Source: Sminthopsis crassicaudata (Eukaryota). Taken from it: a stretch of DNA of 64,000 bases. Shown here piece by piece: positions 35,939 through 49,468 of this stretch. Below the pieces are notes generated by a model. The model did not search any database. It worked only from the letters and a program-made list of their open reading frames with translations, and was not told the DNA's origin. How positions within the stretch are numbered: the stretch's first letter is position 1; each line of letters starts with the position of its first letter. The stretch lies in contig NC_133617.1 in NCBI RefSeq assembly GCF_048593235.1, positions 714,096,958 to 714,160,957 of the forward strand, written 5' to 3'. The position numbers were made by a program, and so were the translations under genes.

Positions 35939-37382
35939 AACAATACCTTTAAAAAAAGATTACATCTGCTAGATCACTGATAAATATCATTTACACTGGG
36001 GATGGAAACTACATGGGGTGTCCTATTTTTCATTTATTTTGCTATTTTTATTGTTTTTTAAATATGATTTTTGTATTTTTTTTCATATTTTTTGTTTTTT
36101 GTATTTTTTTGTTGTTTTTGTTTTTACATAGAAGTAACCATATTAAACTAAGAAAGGAACACAGCGTGAAATACTGACAATATATATATTTTTTCTGGTT
36201 AACACCCTTGACTTTTACACAAGTGGAATCCTGATTATGACTTTACTGAATAAATATATTTAGAAGGTTTAAAAGTTAACTTGTATTATTTGTAAGCAAA
36301 AATATGACAAGTTACAGGCAAATTCAAGCTTTCAGGAAAGAAAAAAAATGGTGGCAGCACATTTAAAGGTGAAAATTTTTTCTAGAAAATTTTATCACTT
36401 TAGTTATGTTGATAGCTCTGTCAAAGTCAGCTTACAAAATTCCCCTATAATAACAAACAGTCCTTTCCTGAATAATATGGTTTGTTTGATATTGTCACTT
36501 TCCAACGCAATTTTAAGACTAAGAATGTAAAAGTTTATAAAGCAACTAGGCCGCCTACATAAAACTCACGACTCATTAAGGGAACATACAATCATATCAA
36601 GGATCTTTCTGAAGATTCATATGAAAAAAATGTACTTGCAACAATTGCTTGCCAAAACAGGAGAAATCTGTCAAATTTCATACATTATCTTAATTCCGAT
36701 GATGGGATTTTTCTTTAAAGAGCTACATAGATATCATATATAAGAAATTTTGCAAATAAATTATGAAACCATCAACATAGAATTACTTTTTAAAATGTAC
36801 ATTCAAAACAGATACATTTCAAGATAGGAAAATTATCTTTTCTTTTTCAAAGACTTGGTTGACTATAGTAACTTGATCTATGTTACTACAGGATATGTAA
36901 TGTGGATTTCCGTGTCTAAGATAATGCTACTACGAAGACAATAGAAACTGAGTTGAATATAAAGAAAACTTTACAGTGCAATGAGATGCTAATGTCATAG
37001 ATGGGAATATTGCACAAAGTGCCCCTCGGGCGGTGTGTTTATGCTTTTGAAATTGCAGCCATTCCTGAAAATCGTAGGTCACAAAATCTATAGGATGATG
37101 GGAGAGGGGATTAGGGAGAGGAAGAGAGTAAGAAGGGGACAAATTTTACATGTCAGAAGTACTTGATTCAATGCATTAACCACCATCATAATTGCTATTT
37201 AAATCCAGTAGCCTTGAGTGACAAACCAAGTCTCCAGCTGTTCTACCCGGGGATGCCCTGTAAAACTGTACAGTCAAGTTGCAGTTGATTTGGAGACAAG
37301 TTTGAACACTCCATCCTTAAAAGAAACATTTTCAAATCATAATTTTATGATAGTGTCATCCATAGCATTTTACAGCAAGAGG

Positions 37383-37594
37383 NNNNNNNNNNNNNNNNNN
37401 NNNNNNNNNNNNNNNNNNNNNNNNNNNNNNNNNNNNNNNNNNNNNNNNNNNNNNNNNNNNNNNNNNNNNNNNNNNNNNNNNNNNNNNNNNNNNNNNNNNN
37501 NNNNNNNNNNNNNNNNNNNNNNNNNNNNNNNNNNNNNNNNNNNNNNNNNNNNNNNNNNNNNNNNNNNNNNNNNNNNNNNNNNNNNNNNNNNNNN
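37383..37594. other. Assembly gap inside the CNTN4 3' UTR
   Basis: Run of N. Confidence 1.
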
Positions 37595-37726
37595 AGCATA
37601 AAACATTTTTTTTTTCCAGTAATAAGATGTACTTGAACAACAATATTACTTAGTACTGGGTGTCTTCAAAACAACTAGCTAAATGTTGCTTATATTATCA
37701 TCAGCAAGTCCTTTAGATATTTTTTG

Positions 37727-37827
37727 TCATAAACTGGATCTCGCTGTGAGGGATATCATTATTGTGCTGATGGCCGACAACGTACAAGCATTTGAAGTTG
37801 AGGCTCCAGATCCTCTTGCATACGCAC
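37727..37827 (-). CDS. CNTN4: Contactin-4 terminal coding exon (GPI-anchor signal)
   Basis: tttttttag|GT GCG...TTA TGA; [32 protein letters not shown], matching the recalled human C-terminus. Confidence 0.95.
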
Positions 37828-38065
37828 CTAAAAAAAAAGAAAAGAAAAAGAAAGAAAGATAATTCATCACAACTGCTAGAATTATGGAGATGACTATTCA
37901 GCTGATGATTGAGGTTAGGGAGAGGTAAACATCTTTCAGTAAATGAGATAGACTGAACGGAAACATATGGCACCTCTTGGAGTATTCTCCCTTAGGGCAA
38001 AGGAGAAGATGGGGAGGTTGATATTAGTAATGGAGTCATATAACATCTGTAAATCTAGAACAGCT

Positions 38066-38266
38066 AGGGGTCTGGAGTCAGGAAACCTCATCTTCTCAAG
38101 TTCAAATCTGGTTTTAGACATTTAGTTCCTATGTAGTTTCAATTTCCTCACTTGTAAAATGAGCTGGAGAAGAAAAAAAAAAAAAAAAAAAAAAAAGTTG
38201 CCAAGAAAATCCCAGGTGGGATCATGAAGAGTCGGACATGACTGAAAACAATTGAACAACAACAAT
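38066..38266 (+). mobile_element. Mar1-type SINE with an internal poly(A) run
   Basis: ggagtcaggaaacctcatcttctcaagttcaaatc head and gaagagtcggacatgactgaa...caacaacaa tail. Confidence 0.75.
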
Positions 38267-39539
38267 AACTTTAGGACGATCCTCTGAGGTAGGTATTTTG
38301 TAGATTATAGCTCCCACTTTACAGATGAATAATCTGAGGCTCCATAACTTGTTTAGCTTCACATAACAAATAAATAACAGAACCAGAAAAGGACCTTAGG
38401 TCTTTGAGCATCAGTTACAATCCATCTTTCTCACTTTATTATAGTAAATTCCCAAAGAAATCAGCTCTTCAGGGCATATCTGGTTCAACCTGATTGGGAG
38501 CTTTGATCAAAATGATACAATTTCAGCTCGAATGGGAATCTCCTTGTAAATAGAACAGAGCAGAAATGGTGCAGATTCTCTCAAAATTATGTGTGCTCTC
38601 TCTTCTAAGCCAGACATCTACAACTGGCCAAACTGTATTGTCTGAAGGTTTACAAAGTACTGTACACATATGATCGCAATGCCTGAAAGAATAAGATTTC
38701 TCCACAGAATGTTTTGTACATATTGGACTGGCGATTGAATTTGACCTAAAAGGAATGTGAGACCTCTTATAAGAAGAACCTGGTTATAAGAAACCCTGCA
38801 ATCACAAGTCAAGCCAAAAGAAAAATAAAATCTTTGCAACTCTTTGTGGAGATTCCATCTCACTTAAGGTGAGATAAATGAGCCTCAATCTTCTGTACAC
38901 TGAAGATAGCTTCCATATCTCTCTGTGGGTTTGGCTTCATGTCAAGATTATAAATGAAGACTCTTATTTTTCTCCAAATGGAAGCAAATTTGGCCCCCTT
39001 CTGAAAAGTGAAGAAATTCAGATCTGTGGGTTTATATGGACTAAGGATGCTGCAAACATGTATCTTTGAGTCATTCCTAGGGTCTGTTATACCAAAATAC
39101 CACATGTACTTCAAGAGATGTGCTGTTCAACAGCCTTAACAGAGAATTATAGAACCCTTCATGCAAAGAGAAAGAACTCTTTGAGTGAGTAAACACTGAA
39201 GGATTTGGTTTGGAGCATCCAAGTATTGACAAGAAAAATTCAATTCTACATACTGGCTTCATTCATGTGCATACTACTGACATTCAATTTTTGCACCATA
39301 TAGTGAGTGCTTTTTTAGTTGGAAAATTCATCTACTATTGTTATGTGTAGTATTAATAATCAATCAACAAGCATTTATTAACCATTTACTCTGTGCTGAG
39401 CACTGTGCTAAGTGCTGGGGATAAAGAGACAAAGGATAATTCTTGCTCTAATAAAAATTAAGACCACACACAAAATATTTTAAGTGAAATATAGTCAGAG
39501 GCAGTTTGACATAGTGAATAGGGAGTTGGTCTTAAAGTC

Positions 39540-40430
39540 AATCAGTTATTAAGCATTTATTAAGTATGTACTTTATGTCAGGCACTGTGCTAAGTAATGG
39601 ACATGCAAAGAAAGGCAAAAGAGAGTTCAGATCCTCAAAGAACTCAGAGTCTAATGCAGAAGACAGCTATTTAAATAAGCTATATAATTTAAAGATAATC
39701 AACGGGGGGAGGTCAAGAAAGGCTTCCTGTAGAAGGCAGAATTTTAGCTGAGACCTGAAGGAAGCCAAGAAAACTACAAGGCAGAGATGAAGAGGAAGAG
39801 CATTCCAGGTATGGTACATAGTCATTAAGAATGCAGAGACTGGACACATGTGGTGTGTCTAATGCAATGAATAGCAAGGTCAGTGTCGCTTGATCATAGA
39901 ATATGGGGAGGGGAGAAAAATATAAGACCAAAAAAGTAGAAAAGGGCCTCATTATGAAGGGCTCTAAAAGCCAAATTTTAGATTTTAAATTTGATCCTGA
40001 AGACAACAGGGAGCCGATGGAGTTTACTGAATAAATGGGTTGATATCAACTTTGACAGTTGAATGGAGGAAAGACTTGAGTGAGACCAGCAAGCTATTGG
40101 AACAGTCTTAGTGTGAGGTGATAAGGTCCGAGTAATGAAAGTGGCAGTTTCAGAAGACAGAAGAAGGGATATAGAAGAGAGATGCTATGAACTTAAAATC
40201 AATAGGATTTGGCAACAAATTGGCTATGGAGATTTGAAGAAGGGGAGGATCACAGCTAGGTTATGGGTCTGGGTGACTGGGAGAGTGAGTGAAGGTACTC
40301 TTAATAACAGAGGAGTTTGGAAGTGGGTGGGATCAGAAGATATTGAATTCAGTTTTGACATATTGAGTTTAAGATATCTACAGGATATCCAGTTTGAGGT
40401 GTTTAGTCACATGGAAATGTAAGACGGGAG
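39540..40430 (-). mobile_element. L2 3' region
   Basis: aagcatttattaagt...aggcactgtgctaag terminus and purine-rich L2 body. Confidence 0.7.
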
Positions 40431-41205
40431 GTAGGAAAGTGTCTAGTGTCAGATTACTAGATTTATAAAGACCAAAAAGCCTAAGTTCAGGGCCTGCCTT
40501 TGATGCACACTGTCTGTTTGATGTTGGACAAGTCAGTAGGTCTCTCATGGATCTTGAGAACTAAGATTACAGTTTGGCAAGATTTCAATCTTTGCAACAA
40601 GGGCTTCAAACTCACTTTGCAGATTGATTTCCCAATTATCAATGAATCATAATTCCAGTTCCTATCTCAATTATTACTGTATATATGCTTCTGACATGTA
40701 TTTGAAATATTCAATTGAATTAGTTTTTAGTTAACACTATTTTTAGATTACAATATGCTATCAAACAATAAACAGTTATTAAATTCCCAATATGTGCTAG
40801 GAACAGTGCTAATTGCTGAGGTTTAAAAAAAAAGAATCTTAACCTAAAGGAGTTTACAATCTTAGTGAATTTACTTATATCAAAAATTTCACTCTCTACA
40901 CTCTCTACAGAGAACCTGGTGCAAATGATGCTATGTCTCCATGAGACCTAGGGGATAATTCTGTTAAATCTTTCCCAGGAGCTAACTTGGTCCAACTGGC
41001 TAAGGGTTGTAAATATTTGGCTGTATAGTCTCATGATATTACATAAGGATAAATATAAAGTCTTATGCTTAGGTTTAAAAAAATCAACAACAGAATGAGG
41101 AAATAACACTGGGTTGGAGTTAGAAAAACCTAACAAAAATCCAGGCAGGGTCATTTACTCAGGTCATTTCTATTCTCTTGGGGAAACATTAAGTTTCCTT
41201 CTAGC

Positions 41206-41337
41206 NNNNNNNNNNNNNNNNNNNNNNNNNNNNNNNNNNNNNNNNNNNNNNNNNNNNNNNNNNNNNNNNNNNNNNNNNNNNNNNNNNNNNNNNNNNNNNN
41301 NNNNNNNNNNNNNNNNNNNNNNNNNNNNNNNNNNNNN
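41206..41337. other. Assembly gap
   Basis: Run of N. Confidence 1.
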
Positions 41338-41978
41338 AGTATTGATTTGAGGAAATGGTCTTTTCCCTGTCCTTGGTGGCCTTCAACTAGAGGCTGGATT
41401 ACCATTTGTTTTTATTAAAGAAAGGATTTTTGGATCAGCCACAACTTGGAATGTAAAACTCTTTTATAATAGGGATTGTTCTGTTGGATTTTTAGAGTGG
41501 CCCATTTTTGTTTTGCCTAGTTTTGTATATGGCAGGTGCATAATAAATGTTCTTTGCCTTAAATATGATCTTAGATGACTCTGAGATTGTGCAGTTATTT
41601 GTAGAGATCTTTCCTCTTGCATATGCTAATTGACAGATTTTTCCCTTCTGATTTTTACTCCATTCTTTTGTTTGATGCTGCCTGAGGCTGTGTCAGCATG
41701 CACAAATTGGTCTGGCTGTTTAATTGACTGATGACCTGTTAAGTTAGTCAAAACTGATTTGTACATTTAGAAATAGTGTGAGATCAGTGAGTACCCTGAA
41801 GAAACTGAATTATACTGAGTTCCTTTTTATTAGATTTCTTCCTTGTCATACCTAATTGCTACTAGGTCTTGGTCCAGTGGTCTTGGACTCATTTGCATGA
41901 GTTGGCTACATGACATCTCCATGCTCCCTTACAAAGCAACTGTCAAGCCAGAAAACAATGAAAAATGGCATTCTTAAC

Positions 41979-42149
41979 TTGATATCTTTGGAATTCGAAT
42001 TTGTTCAACTGCTACTGCCATCTCCTCCATCACTAAATGGCCTAATTTCTATTATGTAGTCTTCATCAAAAGGCAAAAGAAAGCTCCACAGATGTCTTGT
42101 TTGTTTCAATTACAGATGTGCTGCTTTGTCTGTTCCATCTGTATAAAAC
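41979..42149 (-). CDS. CNTN4: Contactin-4 penultimate coding exon (end of FN3 domain 4), carrying two +1 frameshifts as assembled
   Basis: tattatag|GTT TTA TAC...TCA A|gttaag; 171 nt versus 169 expected; removing one T in 42078-42075 and one in 42008-42007 gives [56 protein letters not shown]. Confidence 0.9.
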
Positions 42150-44249
42150 CTATAATACAAAAACAACAGGCATCCATTACTATTCTCAGAAAAGACCCCA
42201 ATCCCCCAAATGCCAATCGCTTTTTGCCTTCACCCATCTATGCCAGCAGGATAAATAAGACATCATTGCCTGACCCTAGTCCCTACCCTAATTTGGAAAC
42301 ATTTTTATACAAAATCCCAACACTACATGTCTGTGAAGAACTTTGCAGTTCCCAAAGGATGCTTTCACAACTATAATCATCTTTAATTTTCACGACAGTC
42401 CTCTGAAGTAGGTTGTGCAATATTATCAATTCCACCAATAATGGATTAGTGTCCTCCAATATACAACCTCATTAGAAAATTGGAATGGTGAGTGGAAAAT
42501 CATGATGGAATTGGAGACCTGGTTTTGGACCTTATTACCCAGATGATGTTGGGCAAGTTTATTCTTCGGTTTCTTTATCCTTACAATGATAACATTGGAC
42601 CTTTATAACACTTTTTTTTAAAGAGGAAGAAAAATAATTCAGCAAAATGAATCAATATATTGACTTGATCAAATGTTAACCAACTAGATCTGGGCCCATC
42701 TAGTCCATTCTCCTCATTTTATAGAGGAGGAAACTGAGGTACAGGGAGGCTAAATGATTTTCCTAGAAAAGGATTTGATTATTCACTTCTTGGAGTCTTA
42801 GGTTTCTTTGCTATAAAAGAGAATAACAGCCTTCTTTCTCTTAAATTCAAGACCGACTAGCTGGACATTTCTTCATACAGGGTCCTTGCATTTCTCTGGG
42901 AAGGTGTCAAGTTTCCTGGTACCCCAAGCCTCAAATTTATGTCCTACCACCACAAGGTGCTGAATATCATTTTCTTAAATTAGAAAAACTCATCATTCCT
43001 TCACCCGAGGCACCTTAGATATCTACTTCAGTGTCCCCTTAGTCCTTACAAATGATTGTACACCAATAAATCCCCAGTTTTATTTAGAGGTGTCAAAATT
43101 TCTCATTCCACAGCTCTGGGAGAACAAGCTGGTTTATCAGATGCAGAATCACATCCCGACTTCCTGGAATAAATTGCTTCTTTGATTTACTTTCCATCTT
43201 TTCCAGGTATCAGGAAATTCAACTAATTTAAAGTATAAATCCTACTCCCAAAAGAAAGATTTCCTGGGAAAAAGTAACAGACTGTACCCAATCTGCAATG
43301 TGATGAAACTGACTTCTGTGGCAGAAGACTGGCATCTGAGCCTCCTCTCTCCTGGAAGTGATATAGCCCAGGGACAGATGGACCCTGTCCAGACCTTTGG
43401 TTTCATGCTTAAAACAGAGTATTCAATAGACTATTTCTAAAGCAAACCCCATGTTCTGTATTTTCACACTCTCACAACCAACTGATATACCAAACATTTG
43501 TTAAACATTTACTATGTGCCAGGCAACTGTAACCAGGTGCTGGAGATACAAAGACACAAATTAAACAGTGTTTGACAGTCCAGGAGACAGTTAGGTGCCA
43601 ATAGATAGAGAACTAGACTTGGAAGACAAGTTCAAATCCAACCTCATGTACTAACTTTGTGAGCCTAGAAAGTCCTATAACCCTCTCCTGCTTCAGTTCC
43701 CTTAATTGTAAAATATGAGTTATTGTGAATTTCAAATGAGATAATATTTACAACTTCTTGTTCTCATTCTTCCCTCCTGGACACCCCTTGCTCCCTGTTC
43801 ATTGGTAGAGCTGGAGTAACAGCCAGACACTGGGATCCATGAACAATGCCCACCTTCTCATGGCCATGGAGTCTCCTCTAACCATTTGGTTGCAATGAGA
43901 GGTAGCATGGCATTGTGGATAGTGTTAACTTTGGAATTAGGAAGGGCTGAGCTTAAAGCCTGATTCTGACACACACATGTTTCCTGGTTGACATGAGGCA
44001 AGTGATATAACTACTTCACTGAGCACTTCGGACAATGGCTTGAGAGAAAGTCACAGAGAAGATACCCATTTTCATTGGTCAGAGCCCTTGGTGAGTCTTC
44101 CCCACATTGATAAATCAAGAGGTCCAGCCCAGGCTTGTAATGAAGAAATGAAAAGCAAAACTAGTGTGTACAGAAAAAAATAAAAACCGACATCTGTGGA
44201 GGTGCTTTAAGAACTGCAAAGTGCTTTATATATATTATCTCATTTGATC

Positions 44250-44440
44250 CTCTTGGGTGGTAGAAATGCACTCATAAGCTGCAATGAATCTCCTTTTTGC
44301 CCAAGAAAATTTTATATGACTCCAGGTGTATAGGCATATAAAATAGGTATACACATCAAACATTTAATGATAATAAATCATAATTTCATGACCCCCACAT
44401 TTAGCTACAAGCCCATAAGGGCAGCTTAAGAAGCTTTGAT
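44250..44440. mobile_element. hAT MITE (same family as 55843-56031, opposite orientation)
   Basis: Shared body tataggcatataaaataggtatacacatcaaacattt and end cttaagaagctttg. Confidence 0.65.
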
Positions 44441-44749
44441 GTATGCTAATCCTGAATTAGTAAAGTTGAGCTGAGGCAGTGTGGTATAGTGGGTAGATCT
44501 TTGATTTTTGAAGCCCAAGAATATAGTGTTCCCTCCTTCCTCAATTTATCTTATAATTACTTATTTGTACATGTTTGCCTCTATTTCACATATCCCCAAT
44601 AGATTATAAGATTATGAAGGCAGAGCTTTCTTTTTTGTCTTGCATCCTCTGTTTTTGAAGCAATGTGACAGAGTGGATAGAGAACTGACCTCAGAAACAG
44701 TACAATCGGATTTGAGTCCTACCTTTGACACATGTTATCTTCTAGATAT

Positions 44750-45125
44750 CTCTTTAGAACTATAATCTGTGCAAGACTATGGGATGGTCAATAATGACAG
44801 ACTTATGTCTTCTCTACAATACAGTGATCCAAGACAATGCCAATAGATTTGGGATGGAAAATTATATCTACATCCAGAGAAGAAACTGTGGAGACTGAAT
44901 GCAGATCAAAGCATACTATTTTCACCTTTTCCCCCTTTTGTTTTGATTTTTCTTTCACATCATGACTAATATGGAAATACGTTTAAAATGATTACAATGT
45001 GTAACCTATATCAGATTGCTTGCTGTCTTGGAAGGGGAAGCAAGGGAGGGAGAAAAATGTTGGAGCTTAAAATTTTACAAAAACAATGTTGAAAACTATC
45101 TTTACATGTAATTTGAAAAAAATAA
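44750..45125 (+). mobile_element. L1 3'-end fragment
   Basis: L1 3' UTR gagactgaatgcagatcaaagcatactattttcac...ctttacatgtaatttgaaaaaaat. Confidence 0.75.
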
Positions 45126-46689
45126 TATACTATTAATGCTAAAACAAGCAAACAAACACAATTGCGAGCTGTGAAGAACATGCCATTCTATACTGGTTAG
45201 TTTCCAAAATTCCACATCAAAGAAACCATGAGATTAGTCCTTACTCTTAGTCCCAATGCTTATGGTTTCTTCAGGGATAAATGTTTGCTAAATGAATAAA
45301 TGACACAGTTTTGTCCTTTTTTTTTGACTACATCAATATTCTTTAGAGGAAAAAAAAAACAGCTTGTTTAAAAAAGTGGTAGCTTGTAATCATTATCTTT
45401 TTTTCCTTGATAAAAGAAAGTCATGTACTTTTTTTAAAGCCAGTTCACTCACAAAAATTTCCACTTCACATTTTCATCACTGCACTTTTCAAAGTCTTAA
45501 AGCCCTAACAAATAATTTAGTAGCTCATTAGCCTTCAGCTCTTCTCTCATCACTCCCCTTGAAAAAGTCCTCAGATTTTATTTTCTACTAAAGATTCCCT
45601 GGCTGAACACTTATTACTTTCCATGGAGTTCTGAAGCTTTCTGCAGTGTGCTTCTTACCTTTCTTAACTAGAGAAATGGGAGTTTGGGGGAAATAATTTA
45701 TTTTTCCCTTGGTTTTGTAACTTTGCTATTAGGTCTGGTTACTTGGTTTCCGGCAATTTCATATTTGCATTCCAATCTCTTTATTCTCAAAGGTGGTTAC
45801 TGCCTCTGTAAAATGGGAAGTAGAAAATGTCTGTCTTCACAAACTCTCTTTCACCCTCTTTTCTCTTTGGTGTTCTCTTCCACCTCCCTTGTAACAATTC
45901 TACTTCCTTCTGCTACCCCAAATGGACAAATATATGATAAGCTAGTTAACACTCTGGTATTAGGAAGTCAGAAAGTTATATAATTTGAGAGCAAGGAGAG
46001 GGCTTAGGAATATACAATTCTTTTGGAAAAGATGGATAGATATGACTTCTAAGCCACTGACAGTGGTGTTAGAAAAATCATGGAGAATGGAACATGATGC
46101 AGTGGATAAAACATTGACCTGAAGTCAAGATAACTTGAGTTCCAATTTGACCATGTACACTTCCTTGCTATGTCTTTATATGAGTCACTTTACAATTTCC
46201 TCATCTATAAAATAGGGAGTTTTATTAGCCCCTATCTTTCAGGGCTGTTATGATGATCAAGTGATATAATATTTGGAAAGTTCCTGGCATAAGTTGTTTA
46301 ATAAGTACCTTTTCCTCAGGGACAAATGTCCCAATATTTGAAAAAAGGAAAGCTATGTAAGCTAAGCTAAAAAAGGAAAGCAAAGTAAGAATTACTATGA
46401 CTTGCTCAACATCCCATTACTAATTAATGGTAGAGATAGGATTAGACCAAAAATAATAATAATAAGCAACATTTGTCTCACTTTAAGGTTTTTAAAGAAT
46501 TTTACATATGTCGTATCCTTCAATTCTCCCAACAGTTTTTTAGGTAAGTACTGTTTTATTTCTATTTTATGGATAAGGAAACTGAGTCTCTGACTCAGAT
46601 TTAAATACTGGTGGATATATGGAGCTATGTGCTTTACTTTGCTTCTTGACCAATGTAGAGAACACATTAGTAAAGGGATGGTTTGTGAA

Positions 46690-46905
46690 CATTTAGAAAA
46701 AGATAGTGGATGAAGTGTCAGGGAAGTTTCATCTTCCTAAGTTCAAATAAAGTCTCAGACACCATGAAATATGTGACCCTGCCCAAGTCACTTAATCCCA
46801 CTTGCCTCAGTTCCCTTATCTATAAAATGAGGTGGAGAAGGAAATAGCAAACAACTTTAGTATCTTTGTCAAAAACCCCAAATGGGGTCACCTTGAAATA
46901 CCAAT
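46690..46905 (+). mobile_element. Mar1-type SINE
   Basis: ggaagtttcatcttcctaagttcaaat head, CORE, ggagaaggaaatagcaaac...aaaaccccaaatggggtcac tail. Confidence 0.75.
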
Positions 46906-47019
46906 AGTCACAAAGAGCTAGCAATTCTTCATTAAGAATGGGTCATACTGCCTCAACTCCCTTCCTTTTCTGATAGTATTGCTAGGCTATTATATGACAG
47001 GGATGATAGAGATCTATGC

Positions 47020-47560
47020 AGTTCACTTACACTTCAGAAAAACATTTGATAGTTTATTATGTTGACCTGGTTAAGAGATGAAATATGATCTACATGACAG
47101 TTCAATTAAGTGAATTTAGGAACTGCTTGAACAAGAGGAAGTGAAGAGACAGTATTAATGGTTTGATGTCAGTTTTATGGGAGGTCTCTAGTAGGGTGCC
47201 CCAGGGATTCATTCTTGGTATTATACTATTAATTTTTTTTTCCATGACTTGCATGAAGATGTTCTCAAATTTGCAAATGGCACAAAGGTACAGGAAATGG
47301 AAGTGGGTGGGTTGGGTAGCTCACATGCTGGATGACAAAAATAGTATCCAACCAGATCATGACAGTATTGTACACTGGGATGGATTCAATAGGGATAAAT
47401 ATCACATGTTATATTTGCATGGAGAGAGGCACAGAAACCAGGAGTAGGGAGTTAAGAGACTGGCCTTATACAGGCCACATCTGGGTTATTCTAATCAGTT
47501 CTGGGCACTTGTTTTTATGAAGGATACCAACAAACTGGAGAACATATAGATGGTGCTGCT
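47020..47560 (+). mobile_element. CR1/L3 LINE reverse-transcriptase fragment
   Basis: WEVSSRVPQGFILG and KFANGTK resemble the CR1 motifs SGVPQGSVLGP and KFADDTK; related fragments near 32330, 34200 and 40950. Confidence 0.7.
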
Positions 47561-49355
47561 GCTTGTCCTGAAATCAAAACTGAGGAAAAATTTCAGAAAG
47601 ATACATCCCATCAGCTAATGAGGTTCAAGTAAAACTTCCTAATAATTAGTGAAACATTCAAGTAGAATCAGCTGCCCATCATGTACAATTTTCACAGGAA
47701 GACAAGATGATCCCTTAGTGGAAATGCTGAATGCATTGTGTTTTAGTAGATCTCTTCTGAAATCTCTTTCAATACTATGATTTTATGATTGTGAAACTCA
47801 GGCCAGTAGAATTACTTTGACTTGCTCAGCAGTCCACTACTAATTAGTGGTAGAGGCAGGATTAGACCACAAATAATAATAATAGGTGACATTTATGTCA
47901 CACTTTAAGGTTTTAAAAGAATTTTATATATGTCATATCATTTAATTCTCAGAACAGTTCTTGAATAAGCACTGTTTTATTTCTATGTTATGGATAAGGA
48001 AACTGAGTCTGATTCAGATTAAAGTACTGCTTTTTGGTCACATAGGTGGAAATGGCATTCAAACCCAAGTTATCCCTGAATTCAGGCTTAGCTCCTTCTT
48101 TTCTATTTTTTAGTCTAGAGTTTTCTGTTTCTAGATATGTATTCTAAGAATATTTGCATTTTAACAGAACCAAATAAAAAGAGGGCAATACATAATCAAA
48201 TGGAATGAATATCTAATGGTAAAATTTTAGACACTAAAGCATCAGGATGAAGTTGATGCTCAGAGGCAGACAGGCCTTCTTTTATCACACTCGGCAAACT
48301 TCCTTTATACTACCTACTAAGTTGAGAATAATTTAGGTTTTACAATTACTGCATTACCTAATAACCCCTTTTTTCTTCAGATGGTATCTGAAATCATCAG
48401 CTAACATCTTACTTCAGAAATTTCTACATCATTTCTCTTTTAGAAAAATAGGATGTTCTTCCCAGGTTCTAAAAATTTCTGCTATCTTTCCTACTTGAAC
48501 AAATATGAGTTATGGATAAATGATTTATCTTCTCTCTTATTATGTCTTACTTTTCAGAACAGTTTAGCAAACAGGGCCATTGATTCATTGTCTTGGCCAG
48601 ACAAGGGACTTTAGAGGCCATATAGTCTGACCCTCTGATTTTGAAGAGGAGGAATCAGGTCCACACAGGTTAAATGATTTGCCCAGGATCCCCTGAGTCG
48701 TAAGTGGCAGAGTCTGACCTTAAATCCAAGTCTTCTGACTTTAAATCCTGTCTTTTTGCCAATGTACCACTTCAAATTTACATTCTTATTTTTTGGCAGG
48801 AATAATACAAAGCTGTTGAAAACCACTATTAATGTCAACATAGCATAATGGCTGTAGTTTTCATTGGTTCTATATTGCTCCTTCCAGTTACTTAAAAATA
48901 GGACTCTGCCTGACTGATCAAGTGAATGAGTGCTCACATTTCCACATAAAAATCTTCCACTATCTGAGTAGACATACCAACAAAAATGATCAACCACTAG
49001 TAATATTTGGAACTGCATTACTATTCATGGAAAATAAAAAATAATTTCACAGGGAATAAACAATGAGTGTAAAATTTTGAAATAAAGGCTTTATGACTTG
49101 TTTGGGAACTCATAAAAGGACTTTCAAACTGTTTTGATCCAGCTTGCTTAAATTGGGTCATTCAATTTTTCTCCACATCTCGGTCCAATGCATTGGCCCA
49201 TTTGTCCACAATCCAGCTTTGGGCAGAGAGCCACATTTGGGCCTTATAGATGAACAAGCTTGGGAATGTTCAGTACACATTTCATCTATGTCAAAGGAAA
49301 GGCAATGGTCCTGAAAAAACAGTTTCATTATTGGTCTTGTGAATTAGTTACCCAC

Positions 49356-49468
49356 TTTGTATCCTTTTACTTCGGATTCATTGTCCAAGGCTTTGACTTG
49401 ATCCCAATTCAGTATAATTTTGGAGTCAGATGAATTCCATATGATGTTTCCAGGGGGTTGACTTGGTG
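49356..49468 (-). CDS. CNTN4: Contactin-4 coding exon (start of FN3 domain 4)
   Basis: tttttag|CA CCA...AAA|gtgggt; 113 nt; (P)[37 protein letters not shown]. Confidence 0.95.

Noticed and set aside
48611-49018. 135-aa ORF on the CNTN4 strand, possible alternative exon
   Set aside because: 3' half runs into a MIR SINE; no contactin similarity
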